A stretch of 64,000 nucleotides of DNA from Eledone cirrhosa. Lineage: Eukaryota. Below are positions 27,589 to 41,255 of the stretch, piece by piece. A model generated the notes under the pieces. The model was not told where the DNA came from, made no database searches, and was given only the letters and a program-made list of their open reading frames with translations. Every line of letters starts with the position of its first letter. Within the stretch, counting starts at the first letter, position 1. Location: the NCBI GenBank assembly GCA_964016885.1, contig OZ024748.1:48980001-49044000 (forward strand), in the 5' to 3' direction. The position numbers and the translations under genes were made by a program.

Positions 27589-27830
27589 CAAATAAGAGTA
27601 GTTAAGACGGGATTAATTCAACATAACTGTTTATTGCATGATATATTTTTTGTTACATGGTTATTCATGACTTCATCAGATGCTTACGCAATCATAGGTG
27701 CAGTTATGCAATCTCTGGAATATGCTGTAAGCATCTGATGAAGTCACATGAATAACCATGTAACAGAAATATATATCATGTAATAAACAATTATGTTGAA
27801 TTAATCCTGCTTTAACTACTCTTATTTGAT
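27587..27830. mobile_element. Fold-back element, putative Penelope-like remnant
   Basis: Inverted arms 27587-27690 and 27723-27830, abutting (TA)n. Each arm carries a hammerhead copy; the left one lacks GAAA. Confidence 0.65.
27731..27781 (+). ncRNA. Minimal type I hammerhead ribozyme motif
   Basis: Stem I GCAT/ATGT; core CTGATGA; stem II GTCACATG-aataac-CATGTAAC; GAAA; palindromic stem III TATATA; cleavage triplet ATC. Confidence 0.65.
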
Positions 27831-27963
27831 AAATAAATACTCCGTCACTCCTAATCACCAACCTGGGATAAACGTGAAATGCTTTTGGATTGCCAGGACC
27901 AGCTTATCCTCAAGAACTCAAGAAGTTATGATATAACAACTATTTATAAACAACATTCTTCTG

Positions 27964-28005
<42 letters not shown>

Positions 28006-29228
28006 GTTCTTTACTTTGTATGGTTTAACTAATAACTAGCTAGGCTTATAATCCAGTCATTCTAATCAGCCGACTGTGATACAATAAGTAAAAAGACTCA
28101 ATGCTATGTGTATCTTCCATCATAGATGTGGTATCTCTTAGTTGGTACAGGAATAGAGTTAGATATATATATTGGTTTATCGCTTAATATAGAAGAAAAA
28201 AAAGTCTCAACATTTCAATGTTAGACTTCATTGGAAGATAGAAGAATAACTAGAAAGATAGTTATAAGAGAAACAGAATAAAAATTTCAACAAGAGGAAA
28301 GCACGTGAGTGTTTGGTTAGCCATTAATATATACATGTAGCTGTGTACACACATACACATATAATTTATATGCACACACATACATACACTTAATTACACA
28401 TATACAGATACTTGTACACTTCATTAATTGATACCAGATGCAACAAGTGGTTTTATTTATGAACAGAAAACAACTGGAAATTGTTTCCTTGGTTACAACC
28501 AGAGAACACTTTACAGAGAATGCTTCGTTGAAATAATCTCAACATTTTACACTTTAAACCCTTTCATTACAGTATTTCTTAGGAAAGATACTGCCTAAGA
28601 CTTTCAAAAAATCAAGATGGAAGGTTTTTTAGATAAATATAAACACATTAACCCTTTCATTACCATATTTCTTAGGAAAGACTGCCTATGATTTTCAAAT
28701 AATTTAGAATATAATCAATAGTTTTGATGAATTTGGAAAAATAACTAACTTTACCATTTATTAAGTTTATGTTTGGAATGTAACTTAACAAAGATTCTTA
28801 CATAAATTATGATGGAAGGATTTTAGATAAATATAAACTCTTTAAAACAGTTTTGTATCATAGAACCAGGGGTGGTATTGGGTGGTTTGGTGTCAAAAGA
28901 GGTCAATAATATTTCTGTGCACACACACACACACACATCTCCTGCACTCCACTCATATATGTGTATGTAAGGTACCCCTTAACTCCTGATAGAGTCATAG
29001 GGGTACTGTATTGACATACGGCATTTCTTGGGCATTTTAAGCCTGGTGGAGTCCATCCTTCACACACTGACAGACATATCGACATACATACTTGTGTGTG
29101 TGTGTGTGCAAGGAATTAATGAATAGGGCCCTAACTATTATATTTATTTACATGTATACACATATGTATGTAATGACTTACACAAACATACAAGCACATA
29201 TATACATACACACACACATATGTATATA

Positions 29229-29265
<37 letters not shown>

Positions 29266-29273
<8 letters not shown>

Positions 29274-29498
29274 AAGTGAGTCCTTCATCAGTGACCCTCC
29301 AACCGTCCTGGGCATTTCATCGCTTTAAGGGCCATATGCCTCGGGTTGGTGCGAACAACGGCTAAAAAAAGTCGTTGGGACACGTAAATAAAGGGGGACG
29401 CTAGAGTAACAACACCAACCCGAGGCATATGGCCCTTAAAGCGATGAAATGCCCAGGACGGTTGGAGGGTCACTGATGAAGGACTCACTTTTTCATAT
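29266..29498. repeat. Perfect 86-bp inverted repeat with 61-bp spacer
   Basis: 29266-29351 is the exact reverse complement of 29413-29498; lies between (TA)n tracts. Confidence 0.9.
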
Positions 29499-29533
29499 GT
29501 ATCCCATTTGCAACGCCGCAGCTCCATTATTAT

Positions 29534-29577
<44 letters not shown>

Positions 29578-29827
29578 TGCATATATTTGTACATATGTGT
29601 ATGTGCTTGTGTGTTGAAGATTACTGTATAAAAATTTATAGCTTATATATAATTAAAGATTTAATTTTTTTATGTATTTGCATTTATGTGTATATAATTG
29701 ATTTATATATATATGTATGTATGTATGTGTGTGTTTGTATGTGTGTAGAAATCCGTAGATGAAAGATCAAGGAAAACTGCTCAATTTGTTCTAAGAGAGC
29801 TTATTTAGTATAAACAAAGTTTCATAC

Positions 29828-29872
<45 letters not shown>

Positions 29873-29900
29873 AAGCACGTGTATTTAGAAGGTGGCAAGT

Positions 29901-30558
<658 letters not shown>

Positions 30559-30698
30559 TATATATATACCTGAAATTCTAACCCTTTAGCCTTGTCTTTT
30601 GTTATGATGTTGTGTTATTTTTGCCAAGGATGTTTAATTTATCTAGAAAATATCAATTGTTGTATTTTATATACTGTAAATTCTAATGTGTATATATG

Positions 30699-30741
<43 letters not shown>

Positions 30742-30916
30742 GCATGTGTGTGTGAAAGTAAAGAAAATAGACCTAACTTAAATAAAATGATTACAAATAT
30801 ACAGAATATACAGATTATCTCCAAACCTCTTTTTTTATGTCTCATTCTCTCTCTCTCTTCTAAAAGTGGAAATAAGAAATTTATAAATAACAACAATGAT
30901 AATGATGATAATTTTA

Positions 30917-30958
<42 letters not shown>

Positions 30959-30977
30959 ATTCACACACACACACTTA

Positions 30978-31640
30978 TAATAAGGAGTTGACGGACCCAG
31001 CATATTTATCAATGCCAGGACCGGTTGTATCTCAGCGTACTCAATAGGCAATGTAGGGTACATTCCCAGAGTATACACATAGTTATTCGCTTCAATACAA
31101 CACACGTGAAACGGGTGCCTATAATAGTTCCCGGACTCGAGTTTCGGCCACACTTAATGCAGCAGCATGGTTTACAAAAGTCACTGTTGTTATTTCAGCA
31201 ATCTCCAGCCATGCCCTTCTCACTCAATGAGACAATAAGCTTGCAGCTGTGAAACTACACACATAATAGTTAATAGTGAGTGCAGTGGCTGTGTTTTGGT
31301 AAAGATATGTTATGATTCTAGCTCCTGGACGGATTCCATTTCTATGCAATATTCTACCCAACAACAGTTATTAAAACTGCAGTGTGCAGAAATTGCGTAT
31401 TATCAGCAAATATTGCACAATTGGGCAATTACACGTCCTCAGCAGGCTAACACCCAACTTGGTACATAGGTCATTAGTATATACATACTCCTCCAATAAT
31501 AAGTCTACCAGTCCTATGCTATCATGAAACGTGACTAAAAATAGAGGAAGACTGTTGTATCAGAAAAAATACATTATGGTGGGTGAATTCAAAATGTGGA
31601 ATTCCCACCAATATAGAACTCAACCAGTAAAGTGCATCCA
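30978..31640. mobile_element. Unclassified interspersed repeat, homolog of 15125-15900
   Basis: Shared left end as described for 15125-15900; right boundary approximate. Confidence 0.45.
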
Positions 31641-34600
31641 TATATACATATACATATAGAGATATACACATGCATGTAAAAGTAGATTAGTAATATAAAG
31701 TTGAACATTCAATATTTAATAATATAAACAACAGAAAGAAATATGGAAAAACTGTAACCTCATACAGGAGACATGTCAATTGAAACTGGAAGTAAAAATA
31801 CAGGGTTTATGAAAGTCACTGATGTTATTTCAGAGGTTTCTATGGTCATGAACCACTCAATGAGACAATAAGCTTGGAATGATAGTTGAAAAACCGCTAA
31901 TAATTTAATATATATACGTAAACAAGACCATTATTGCTCCAAACAGTCTATTCACTATCGATAACTACCTTAAATATACATACACTTATACATATATTTT
32001 ACAAATGCAAGCAATCATCGAATGTCCTATGTGTAAACAATACACTCAGTAAACAAAGACAACAAGAAACAAACCATCTAGTGGACAAGACCATCGGAAA
32101 CCAAATTTGTAAAAATTGCATTTGTAAAAACCAAGCCAATCATGTCTATATTAGAGTGAAGACATCTCCAGCATCATCCATATATCTAATGATCATATAT
32201 AAAGTCTGCGGTGTTGAGACTGATGGAGAATACTCTATTGTAGCCACTTTATCTCCCTAACCTTCTATATCCAAGCATCATCAACCCTCAGTATTAAGTC
32301 TAAATTCTGCCTTGAACCAGCCGGCTTATCAGGCCCATGCTTATCTCGGATTTTATGGCATTAAGTGACTGAAAGTGCATGACCCCCCCCCCCCCCCCAC
32401 CCGCACCCTTCCCAAACGACACCAGTCAATTGCAGAGTTAAACCCCCAGCTATTGCTGGTACTCATTTTCAGCTGAGTATACTGGAGCAACATGAAATGA
32501 AGTGTTTTGCACAAGAACACAACACACAACCCAGTCCAGGAATCAAACCCTCAACATTGTGATTATAAGTCTAACACCTTTATCACCAAGTCTGTACTGA
32601 CTCCATGAACAGGGAACATTAAAAACATTTTCCAATAGGGTCCTGTATATCTTGTCTCTTTCAACAGCAAAAAAGACATAATCACTCCACATATCAAAAT
32701 AACAAAACCTATGAACCTTTAAATATGGACATCACCTAACTAGAACCCTCACAATTACTTCAAAAGTTAGGCTTCATCATCACTGAAGGTCTTTCCAGAT
32801 AAACATACATCTTCAAGATAGCAAAGATGCCATCACAAAAAACTTAACAACATACTGACCAAGATACTCTCATGGAATGACCAAATAAAGTTTATTTTTC
32901 AATGTGGTCCCTAGAAAGAAACAACGCAGTTATTAATGAGTTGAAATCAATGCGTGCAAGATTCCTCAGCTCTAGCATTACTCCTTCAAAGTCACTCTAT
33001 GAACTTTACAGCCGACCTAGATGCTCTCACATCTGGAACAGTGCTACTAATACTACTACTACTACTACTATACACACAGAGACCACATTCATAGAAAGGG
33101 TCATGTGACTGGCATGATGTTTCTCACCAACTCACTGCAACCATTTGTCTGTAGATTTGCTGTCTTCTCTCATTGACTACTCTACCACTACTACTGCAGC
33201 CTCTACTCTTCAAAACTAGCTGATCTCATTCCAGCCTGACTCTCTTATCTTCTCTCACCACCCATACTGTGTGCAAACCCAACTAAGTCTAGTCCTTATT
33301 TACCAGAATGTTTGTTATTATCTTCTCTGCCGAGGTTAACTTTGCCTTTCATCCTTACGGGGTCGATAAAATAAAGTACCAGTAATGTACTGGATAATTG
33401 CTGGCCTTGTGCCAAAAGTAGAAACAATTATCTTCTCTGCACATATATTGCCTGCAGCCATCAATTTGGAACTGTTTAAGAAGGATATCAACTGCACAGA
33501 TTTCACCAGTCACAGAAGTCCTGCAAAAGCCATTCAGACGAAATAATTGAGTATATAATGGTTTCTGATTTAGACACAAGGCCAACAATTTTTGCAAGGG
33601 GGTGGGGGTGGGGAAAAAGTCTATTAAATCAATCCCAGTGCATTACTGGTACTTTATTTTATTGACCCTGTTAGGATGAAAAGCAAAGTTAACCTCGGCG
33701 GGATTTGAACTCAGATCATAAAGGGCCCTAATTCCATGCTTCAAAGTATGGTGTTCGACCCTCTACCGATACTGCCAAATGATTTCTAATTTAGACACAA
33801 GGCCAACAATTTGTGGGAAGCGGAAAGGTCATTACATCAACCCCAGTACGTGACTAGTTCTTTATTTTATCGACCCCAAAAGGAGGATAATAATAATGGT
33901 AGTGATTTGGAAGTATTGGTAGAGTGTCGGACAGCATGCTTTATAGCATAGAGTTATTTCCCTTTACTATCTGAGTTCAAATGCTGCCGAGGTTAGCTTT
34001 GCCTTTCCCCTCCCCAAAATTGTTTGCCTTGTGCGTAAAAAAGAAACCAATAATAATGTACACACCCAAAGCACACAGAGCATGCAATGAAAGTAAGATG
34101 ACTTAATGATCTACTAATATATAATACATTTGTGTTTTTGTCCGTCACAAGTGATGACTGAGCAAGTAAGGAGTGATGACAAACTGAGAAAGGAAGGGGT
34201 GATAACATCGACTGAGGAAGTAAGGGGTGATAACATCAACTGAGAAAGGAAGGGGTGATAACGGCAACTGACGGAGGGAGGGTGATAACCTCAACTGACG
34301 GAGGGTGATAACGATTGACAGCACAGGGCCAGCTAGCTATTTAATAAATCTAAAGAAACATATTTCCTCTACATATGATATAACAGAAGTGTCATAGACT
34401 GTGGTGTGGAGTCTCCTGCATGCTTAGATCAAAAGCCTTACAGGTAAGTGAAAAGCAGTTCATCAATTCCTGTGCCTTTTTGAGGGATGTTGCAACAAAT
34501 GCAGCATCATCAGTATTAGAATACGGTATTAGAAAAATTGCATTTGTATTATAGAAGCAGGAGTTATTTCAGGCATGTTTGGTATCAAAAGTGTTAAAGT

Positions 34601-35349
34601 TATTGTACTGTTACTTCTGAACAAGACACATAACACTATTGGCTCCAGTTTACCTGAATGACAACAACTTCCACTTTCTACTTGCATTAGAAATGGCATT
34701 GAGAAAAAACTAAATCACAGATCCTATTTGTCTTTCCTGAAAAATACAGAGGTTTTTGTGCCAAGTCAACCCCATTAAAATAACCAATCTATTAGACAGA
34801 TCAACTGTGTGTTAGTCATCTGTTTAAAATGAAAAAAAAAAAATATGAAAAAGATTAATTACACTAAAGTAACAATAGATGAAAACGAACCATAAAGAAG
34901 ATAAGATAAAAAGTTGAAAAGATATATGTTTGGTTGAGTGGTTTTATTGTAGTGATTAGGAGCAGCTTGGCTGAACATAAACAGGAAACTAAAATAAATT
35001 ATGAACATCAAAATAATACTAAAAATAAAAGGTAATAATAAAATGATAAATTTATTCAATATTTCTGATACAATAAACCTCAATGGTGGATACCAAAAGA
35101 AAAAGAAATATCTTCAACATTGTAGTGGCTTTCGTTACGACACTCCTTTGCTTCTATTTTAATAATATTTCTTCAAAATAAACTACAAGATTTTACTTTC
35201 TTAGTTTTAAGATATCAATGAAATCCACCAATACACACCTACACATCCAATCAGGTAACATGATGGGGCCATACCTAAATGACTGGCATAGCAGTATACT
35301 CATTAATTGTATAGTGGATTTTTTTATAATGTGTGCAGTTGTGCCTATA

Positions 35350-35700
35350 ATGGAGTGCTTTATAGACCACTATATGGGAGGTACACCACATAGTGGAGGT
35401 ACACCACTATATTGGAGGTACATTACTATATTGGAGGTACACCACTATATTGGAGATAGACCACTTTGTTGGAGGTAGATCACATATAGTGGACCACCAT
35501 ATTGGAGGTAGATCACATATGGTAGACCACTATATTGGAGGTAGACCAATATGGTGGACCACTTTGTTGGAGGTAGACCACATATGACATATTGGAGGTA
35601 GATCACATATGGTGGACCACTTTGTTGGAGGTAGACCACATATGGTGGACCACTATGTCATCTACTGTATTGGAGATGGATCAATATGTGGAGGAACACT
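35350..35700. repeat. Degenerate minisatellite
   Basis: ggaggta(g/c)accacta(t)att-type units of about 19-33 bp. Confidence 0.8.
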
Positions 35701-35949
35701 TTATAGGATCCCAAAATTACAACAGAACACAGACAGACATCACAATGAAGGACCAGACTACAGTAAGTAACATTAAGTGACTAACAGTATTTTTTCTCCC
35801 ATTACACTATAACATCTGGTCTACAGCTGGGCTTGTGGATCTTAGATACATGGTCACATGTGACACAACAAAAGTTAAATCTGGGGGACAATTATCTTCA
35901 GGCTCTTACCATTACTAACAACAGTATATATATATATATATATATATAG

Positions 35950-37392
35950 GGCAGGTGAGATTCCTGAGATCCATGGACGATTTCTCTCCAGTAGTCTCTG
36001 TCCTTCATCATCGTAGCCATGTCCCGCATCTCCCAGAAACCATTGTCTGTTCTTAGGGCATCAATGTATGTCAACCTCAGTCTTCCTCTTGAGTGCAGTG
36101 TCAACTCTGAATGTCGGTGAGCAAGTCCAGCTAACCTCAATCTCCTCCATGTTACTTTCAAGCTGACCCATACAGCTCTGAGTTCCTCATCCTCAGTGTA
36201 TACTGATTAATGTTCAGAGCCATCCTTAGCATTCTCGTGTAGCACCCATCCACCACCTGAGTGAGTCTCTTGGTCAGTGTCCAAGTCTCAGACCCGTACA
36301 GCAGCACAGACTCCACTGTAGCGATGAAGAGATAGATCTTTAGGTATTTATGAAGGTCTGGCTTCCACACTGACCTCAAACTTTGGCATGCCACCCAGGC
36401 TTTGCTCTTCCTCTCTACCACATCATCCTCTGTGTTCCCAATCTTTGCTCCCAGATACAGGAAGTCCTCAACCAACTCTAGCGGCTTCCCACCTACATTC
36501 ATAATCTTCTCTGGCTTCTTAATGTTCTCTACCAGATACTTCGTCTTACTCTCATTCATTCTCAGCCCCACACTCATTGACACAGTCTCCACCTCCTGCA
36601 TCAAATCCTCTGCCTCCTTCACTGTGTTTGTCACCAGAACTATGTCATCAGCAAATTCTGCATCTGATATCTTTTTAGTCTTAACTCTCCTGCTCTGAGT
36701 CAGTGCTACAGTGAATCCTGAGTTCTGGTGTTTCTCCAGTGCAAAGCACATACAATAGTCCACTGTGATGATAAAAAGGTAGGAAGCCAATGTATCTCCC
36801 TGGAGTACTTCAGCCAGTGTCTTAAAGAACTCCGTCATCCCGTCAGGTGTTGGTGTAGAGCAGTGATATCAGGTCCACTATTTTCTTGGAGATTCCATAA
36901 GCCTCTAAGATCTTCATCAGGCAGTCACAGTCCACAGAATCAAAGGAGTTCCTGAAGTCAACGAAAACCATGACAGCAGGAAAGCTCTTTGCTCTAGCTC
37001 CTTTTAAAATTCTCCTCAGCATCAGGATGTGACTGGTGGTTGATCTTCCCTCTCTGAAGCTGTTTTGGTTGCCCTGAGCTTCTTCTCCATCTTGGGCTGG
37101 ATCCTGTTAAGAATCATCCTGTTGAGGGTCTTTGCCACAAGTGACATCAGTGAGATCCCCCTGTAGTTGTTGGTGTTAGAGAGATCTCCCTTCTTTGGCA
37201 CTTGGATGATGTTACTGATCTTCCACTGGTCCAGGGCAACTCCTTTCTTCAGTGCCTGGTTACAGAACTCCAGGATGATATCAAAATCACACTTCTTCAT
37301 CACCGCTGATGCCACTCCATCTTCTCCATGAGCCTTGCTCTCCTTGATCTTCTTCTTGGCTCTCTGAAGCTCCTCTCTGATGAAGGGTCCTC
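35950..37392 (-). mobile_element. RTE-like LINE reverse transcriptase fragment
   Basis: PKKGDLSNTNNYRGISL, VLQGDTLA, FADD, FLYLG, SVLLYGSETW motifs with frameshifts. Confidence 0.9.
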
Positions 37393-37712
37393 TTTATATA
37401 CATAAATTTGAGTTATATATACTTTTACCTTTGCTATATATATATATATATATATATATAGCAAAGGTATATATAATATAACTCAAATGTATGTAGAGAA
37501 TTATATATGATAGTATATAATTGTGACATAGTCTCAGAATTAGCTCAATGTGTTTTTATATTATTGGTCTGAAGAAAAGGTAGATATTTTAGGGAGAAAA
37601 AGTTGGAAAGGCAGACATAAACAGAGCAAATATAATCAAATATATAGGTGGAAAAATTAGGTTTTAAAATCATTTTTAATCTCTTATACATGTTTCAAGA
37701 GCATTATTGATA

Positions 37713-37900
37713 GATGGATGGTGGATTGGCAGTATCGGTAGAGGGTCGGACGCCATGCTTTCCAGCATAGTTACGTCCCTTTACGGTCTGAGTTCAAATC
37801 CCGCCGAGGTTGACTTTGCCTTTCATCCTTACGGGGTCGATAAAATAAAGTACCAGTAATGCACTGGGTAATTGCTGGCCTTGTGCCTAAAGTAGAAACA
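37713..37900 (+). mobile_element. Young SINE A copy with target-site duplication
   Basis: ATTATTGATA at 37703-37712 and 37901-37910; nearly identical to 13438-13622. Confidence 0.88.
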
Positions 37901-38318
37901 ATTATTGATATCGCTCAACTATTAATAGGGTGGTGTATTGGCAGTATCAGTAGAACGTCAGACACCATGCTTTGCAGCATAGAGTTATGGGCCTTTACGT
38001 TCTGAGTTCAAATCCTGCCTTTCATCCTTACGAGGTCAATAAAATAAGGCACCAGTGATGCACTGGGGTTAATTTAATCGACTTTCACCCCCTCAAAATT
38101 GTTGGCCTTTTCCTAAAGGATGTTAAGTGTAATTCATATAATTGAAACTCAATACATACAAAACAATGCAATAACTTTTACATAACTCTCTATCTTCAGA
38201 TAAAAATTAAAAATTAAAAAATTGTATCAAATTTAAGGCAGAATATAACTGATATTTAATTTCCACCTTACACAGAATAGGGGACATCTCCAGTCTACCC
38301 CTTGACATAACAAAGGTC

Positions 38319-38360
<42 letters not shown>

Positions 38361-38669
38361 TCATCATCACCATGTAACATCTATTTTCCATGCTAGCATG
38401 GGTTTGACAAATTGTCCCATTGTGAGACAAATCAGGTCAGGTGACCATGTCTTGCTCATACAGAACTGTTTCTGGCTTGGTTTCTACAGTTGGATGCCCT
38501 TCCTAATGCCAACCATATTTCGTGGCACCAAAAGGACCAACTGACAGGTTGGACTAGGTACTTTTCCATCATGTCACCAGCCCAACCACCTTACAGTGTC
38601 GTCTATATATCCATTCACACACACGCACACGCACACGCACACGCACACACATATATATAAGTATATATA

Positions 38670-41255
38670 TCATCATCATCATCATTTTTACGTCCATTTT
38701 TCCATGATTGCATTGGTTAAATGAATCCTTCTTAGCACAGCATCTCTCCATTCATTGCATTTCTTCGTCATCTCCTCTGCGAGTCTCAGGTCTTTCTTGG
38801 TCTACCTCTACTGCGACTTCCTTCCACTGGCATTTCCTGGAACTTCTTCACCCATTGGTCATCATCCATGCACATCACATGTTCATACCAATGCAGTCTT
38901 CTCTCTGGCATACCACTTTGGATTCCTCTGAAACCAGTTTTGCCCTCAGCATATCCAGGTTCTGCCTTCTCTCACGTTTACATTGTACATTCAATGAAGC
39001 ATCGTTGCTTTATTTCTCTCCATGCATGTCTTCCGCAGTTACAGCCCATGTTTCACTACCATGCAGCATCACACTTCGCACACAGGTATCATACAGTCAT
39101 CTTTTTGTATGTAGCTGTAAGGACCAAATCATCTGCATAGAGAATTTCTCATGGACAGCCAGTTTTAAACTCCTCTGTTATGGCCTGTAGGACTAAGAAG
39201 AACTCCCTTCCTATTTTCACTTTACTGATGGCTCTTCTGTACATGGCTTGCACTGCTTTCAAAAGCCTTTCTTCTACTCTAATTTCTTTAAGGATCACCA
39301 GATAATAGATTAAGGTATCCTGTCAAAGGCCTTTTCTTGATAAACAAAAGCTAAGTATCATGGCTGATTCTTGGCTAAAAACTTCTCTTGTAGTTGCTTC
39401 ACTAAGAAGAGTGCATCTGTAGTACTTTTGCCAGGCATAAAACAAAACTACTTGACTCTTTCCCTAATTAGCTGTGCTATAACTCATTCTGTCATTTTCA
39501 TAGCTTCATCCATTAGTTTTATTCCTCTGTAGTTGCTCCTTTCTAGAGCAACAGTTTTGCCCTTGTAGCAATTTATGATTGTTCTGCTGCACCTGTCATT
39601 GGTATGACTCCGTCCTGTATTATCTGATTGACTATGTGAGTTACTAGTTTGACTTCTACTTATCCCGATGCTTTTAGCATCCCAGCAACTATCTGTGACA
39701 GTCCCGCAGCTTTACCATTCTTCATTTCTTTGACCCTAAAACTATCAGCTTCAATAACTGGTCCTTCTGTTGGGTAAGTTTCTCTTCCTCCCATTCATTC
39801 TCTACATTCATCAATCTCTCATAGTATAATTTCCAGGCCTCTTTCTTTTGGGAATCAGTGGTGCTAAGTGTGCCAGCATCATTTCTAACACATTTTTATC
39901 CAACATCTCAATTTACACTAACACACTGACTTGCAATACGAAATACTTCATGCCTCTGGTCCTCACATCTCAAGGCATTGGCAAACTTTCTTTTTTCAGC
40001 CTCTCTCCAAACTGTGTATACTTGTCATCTAGCTTTTCTCTTAGCAACCTGGTACTGGTCTCTGCTACCCCATTTTCCAGTCTTTTCATGCTTGTCTCTT
40101 AGCTTTAATGGCTCTAGCTACTGCACTGTTCCCCCCACCAGGCCACCCTCTCCCTGGCTGGTGCTCTATTCCAGCCACAAGTCTCGTCAGTAGTTTGCTA
40201 AAGGTTGTCATGTAGGAATTTCCAGTTGTCCTCTATGTTATATGTACCTAGTTCATACTCCATCCTGTAAGGCCTTTCTAAACTTATATTTAACTGAAAG
40301 GTCCTTTAGCTTTCAAACCCTTTATTTTCCTGTGTATCTTGTGTTTATTTTGATGTCACTAACAACTAACTTGTGTTAGGTAGTGCATTCTTCCCCAGGG
40401 AAGGCCTTAGTGTTTATTACAGTCCATTTATCTTTTTTTATGAGTAAGTAATCAATTTGGCTTGTGTGTTCACCTGATTGATATGAAATCAGGTGGTTGG
40501 CTGGTTTCCTGAAATTTGTGTCACAGAATTCCAGGAGCCTCAATCCATCTTCATTCCTTGAGTCACAACCATAGCCGCTGTGAACTCCACAGAATCTGTC
40601 CTGGTACTGTCCCTCATGTCCATTGATGTCGCCTGCCAGGATGATGAGGTCATCTTTATCAGTACCTGATAGGTAGATGTAATTGTCACCGTTCTATTTC
40701 CTACAATTAATCTAAGCTTGATGATTCTGTCACTTACTCTAACTACTTCTATCACCTTATCTACCCATTTCTCAGCTGGTAAGATGTCTACACCTCCTAC
40801 CCCATTGTCATTTCCTATCCAGTAGAATTTATATCTCTATTGTTTGCCTGTGATTAGCCTTGCAGAGACATCCTTCCATTTTACTTCTTGTATACAGCAT
40901 ACATCATTCTAACAATTCCACCCGATTTACCTTTCAGGGTGCCAACATTGAGGGTGGCAGTCCTGAGATTTGTATCTTGACAGTTGTTACTTCTTGGGGT
41001 TGAGGTTCTATGTACCTGAAAGGGAAAAAGGTTGTGCGATTGCTTGATGACGGTTGAGGAGTTCTTGCACATAGCTATTCTAGCCATCCCACTACCGTGC
41101 ACTGCACTAACATGACTAGTGTTAGCCCTGTATATGCAATTAGTAAAAATTGTATTTGTGCTTAAAATACTTTTGGCGGGGTTTTTCTGGCTGGATGCCC
41201 TTCTTATCACCAGCCACTTTACAGCATAGACTGGGTGCATTATTCATGCCACCAG
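38670..41255 (-). mobile_element. Near-full-length decayed RTE LINE
   Basis: 5' UTR aagggcatccagcc motif, APE start LRTATLNVGTLKG, VRVSDRIIKLRL, RT remnants (NYRGIKL, YADD) and a (GAT)n tail, with many stops and deletions. Confidence 0.88.

Noticed and set aside
28200-28240. Minus-strand ccaatgaagtc...gaaatgttgag as a hammerhead; similar weak case at 18773-18808
   Set aside because: Core nucleotides are mutated and the stems unsupported, so they cannot be distinguished from chance.
32600-33330. Possible CR1/L2 reverse transcriptase remnant
   Set aside because: Only faint motif resemblance; too decayed to call with boundaries.
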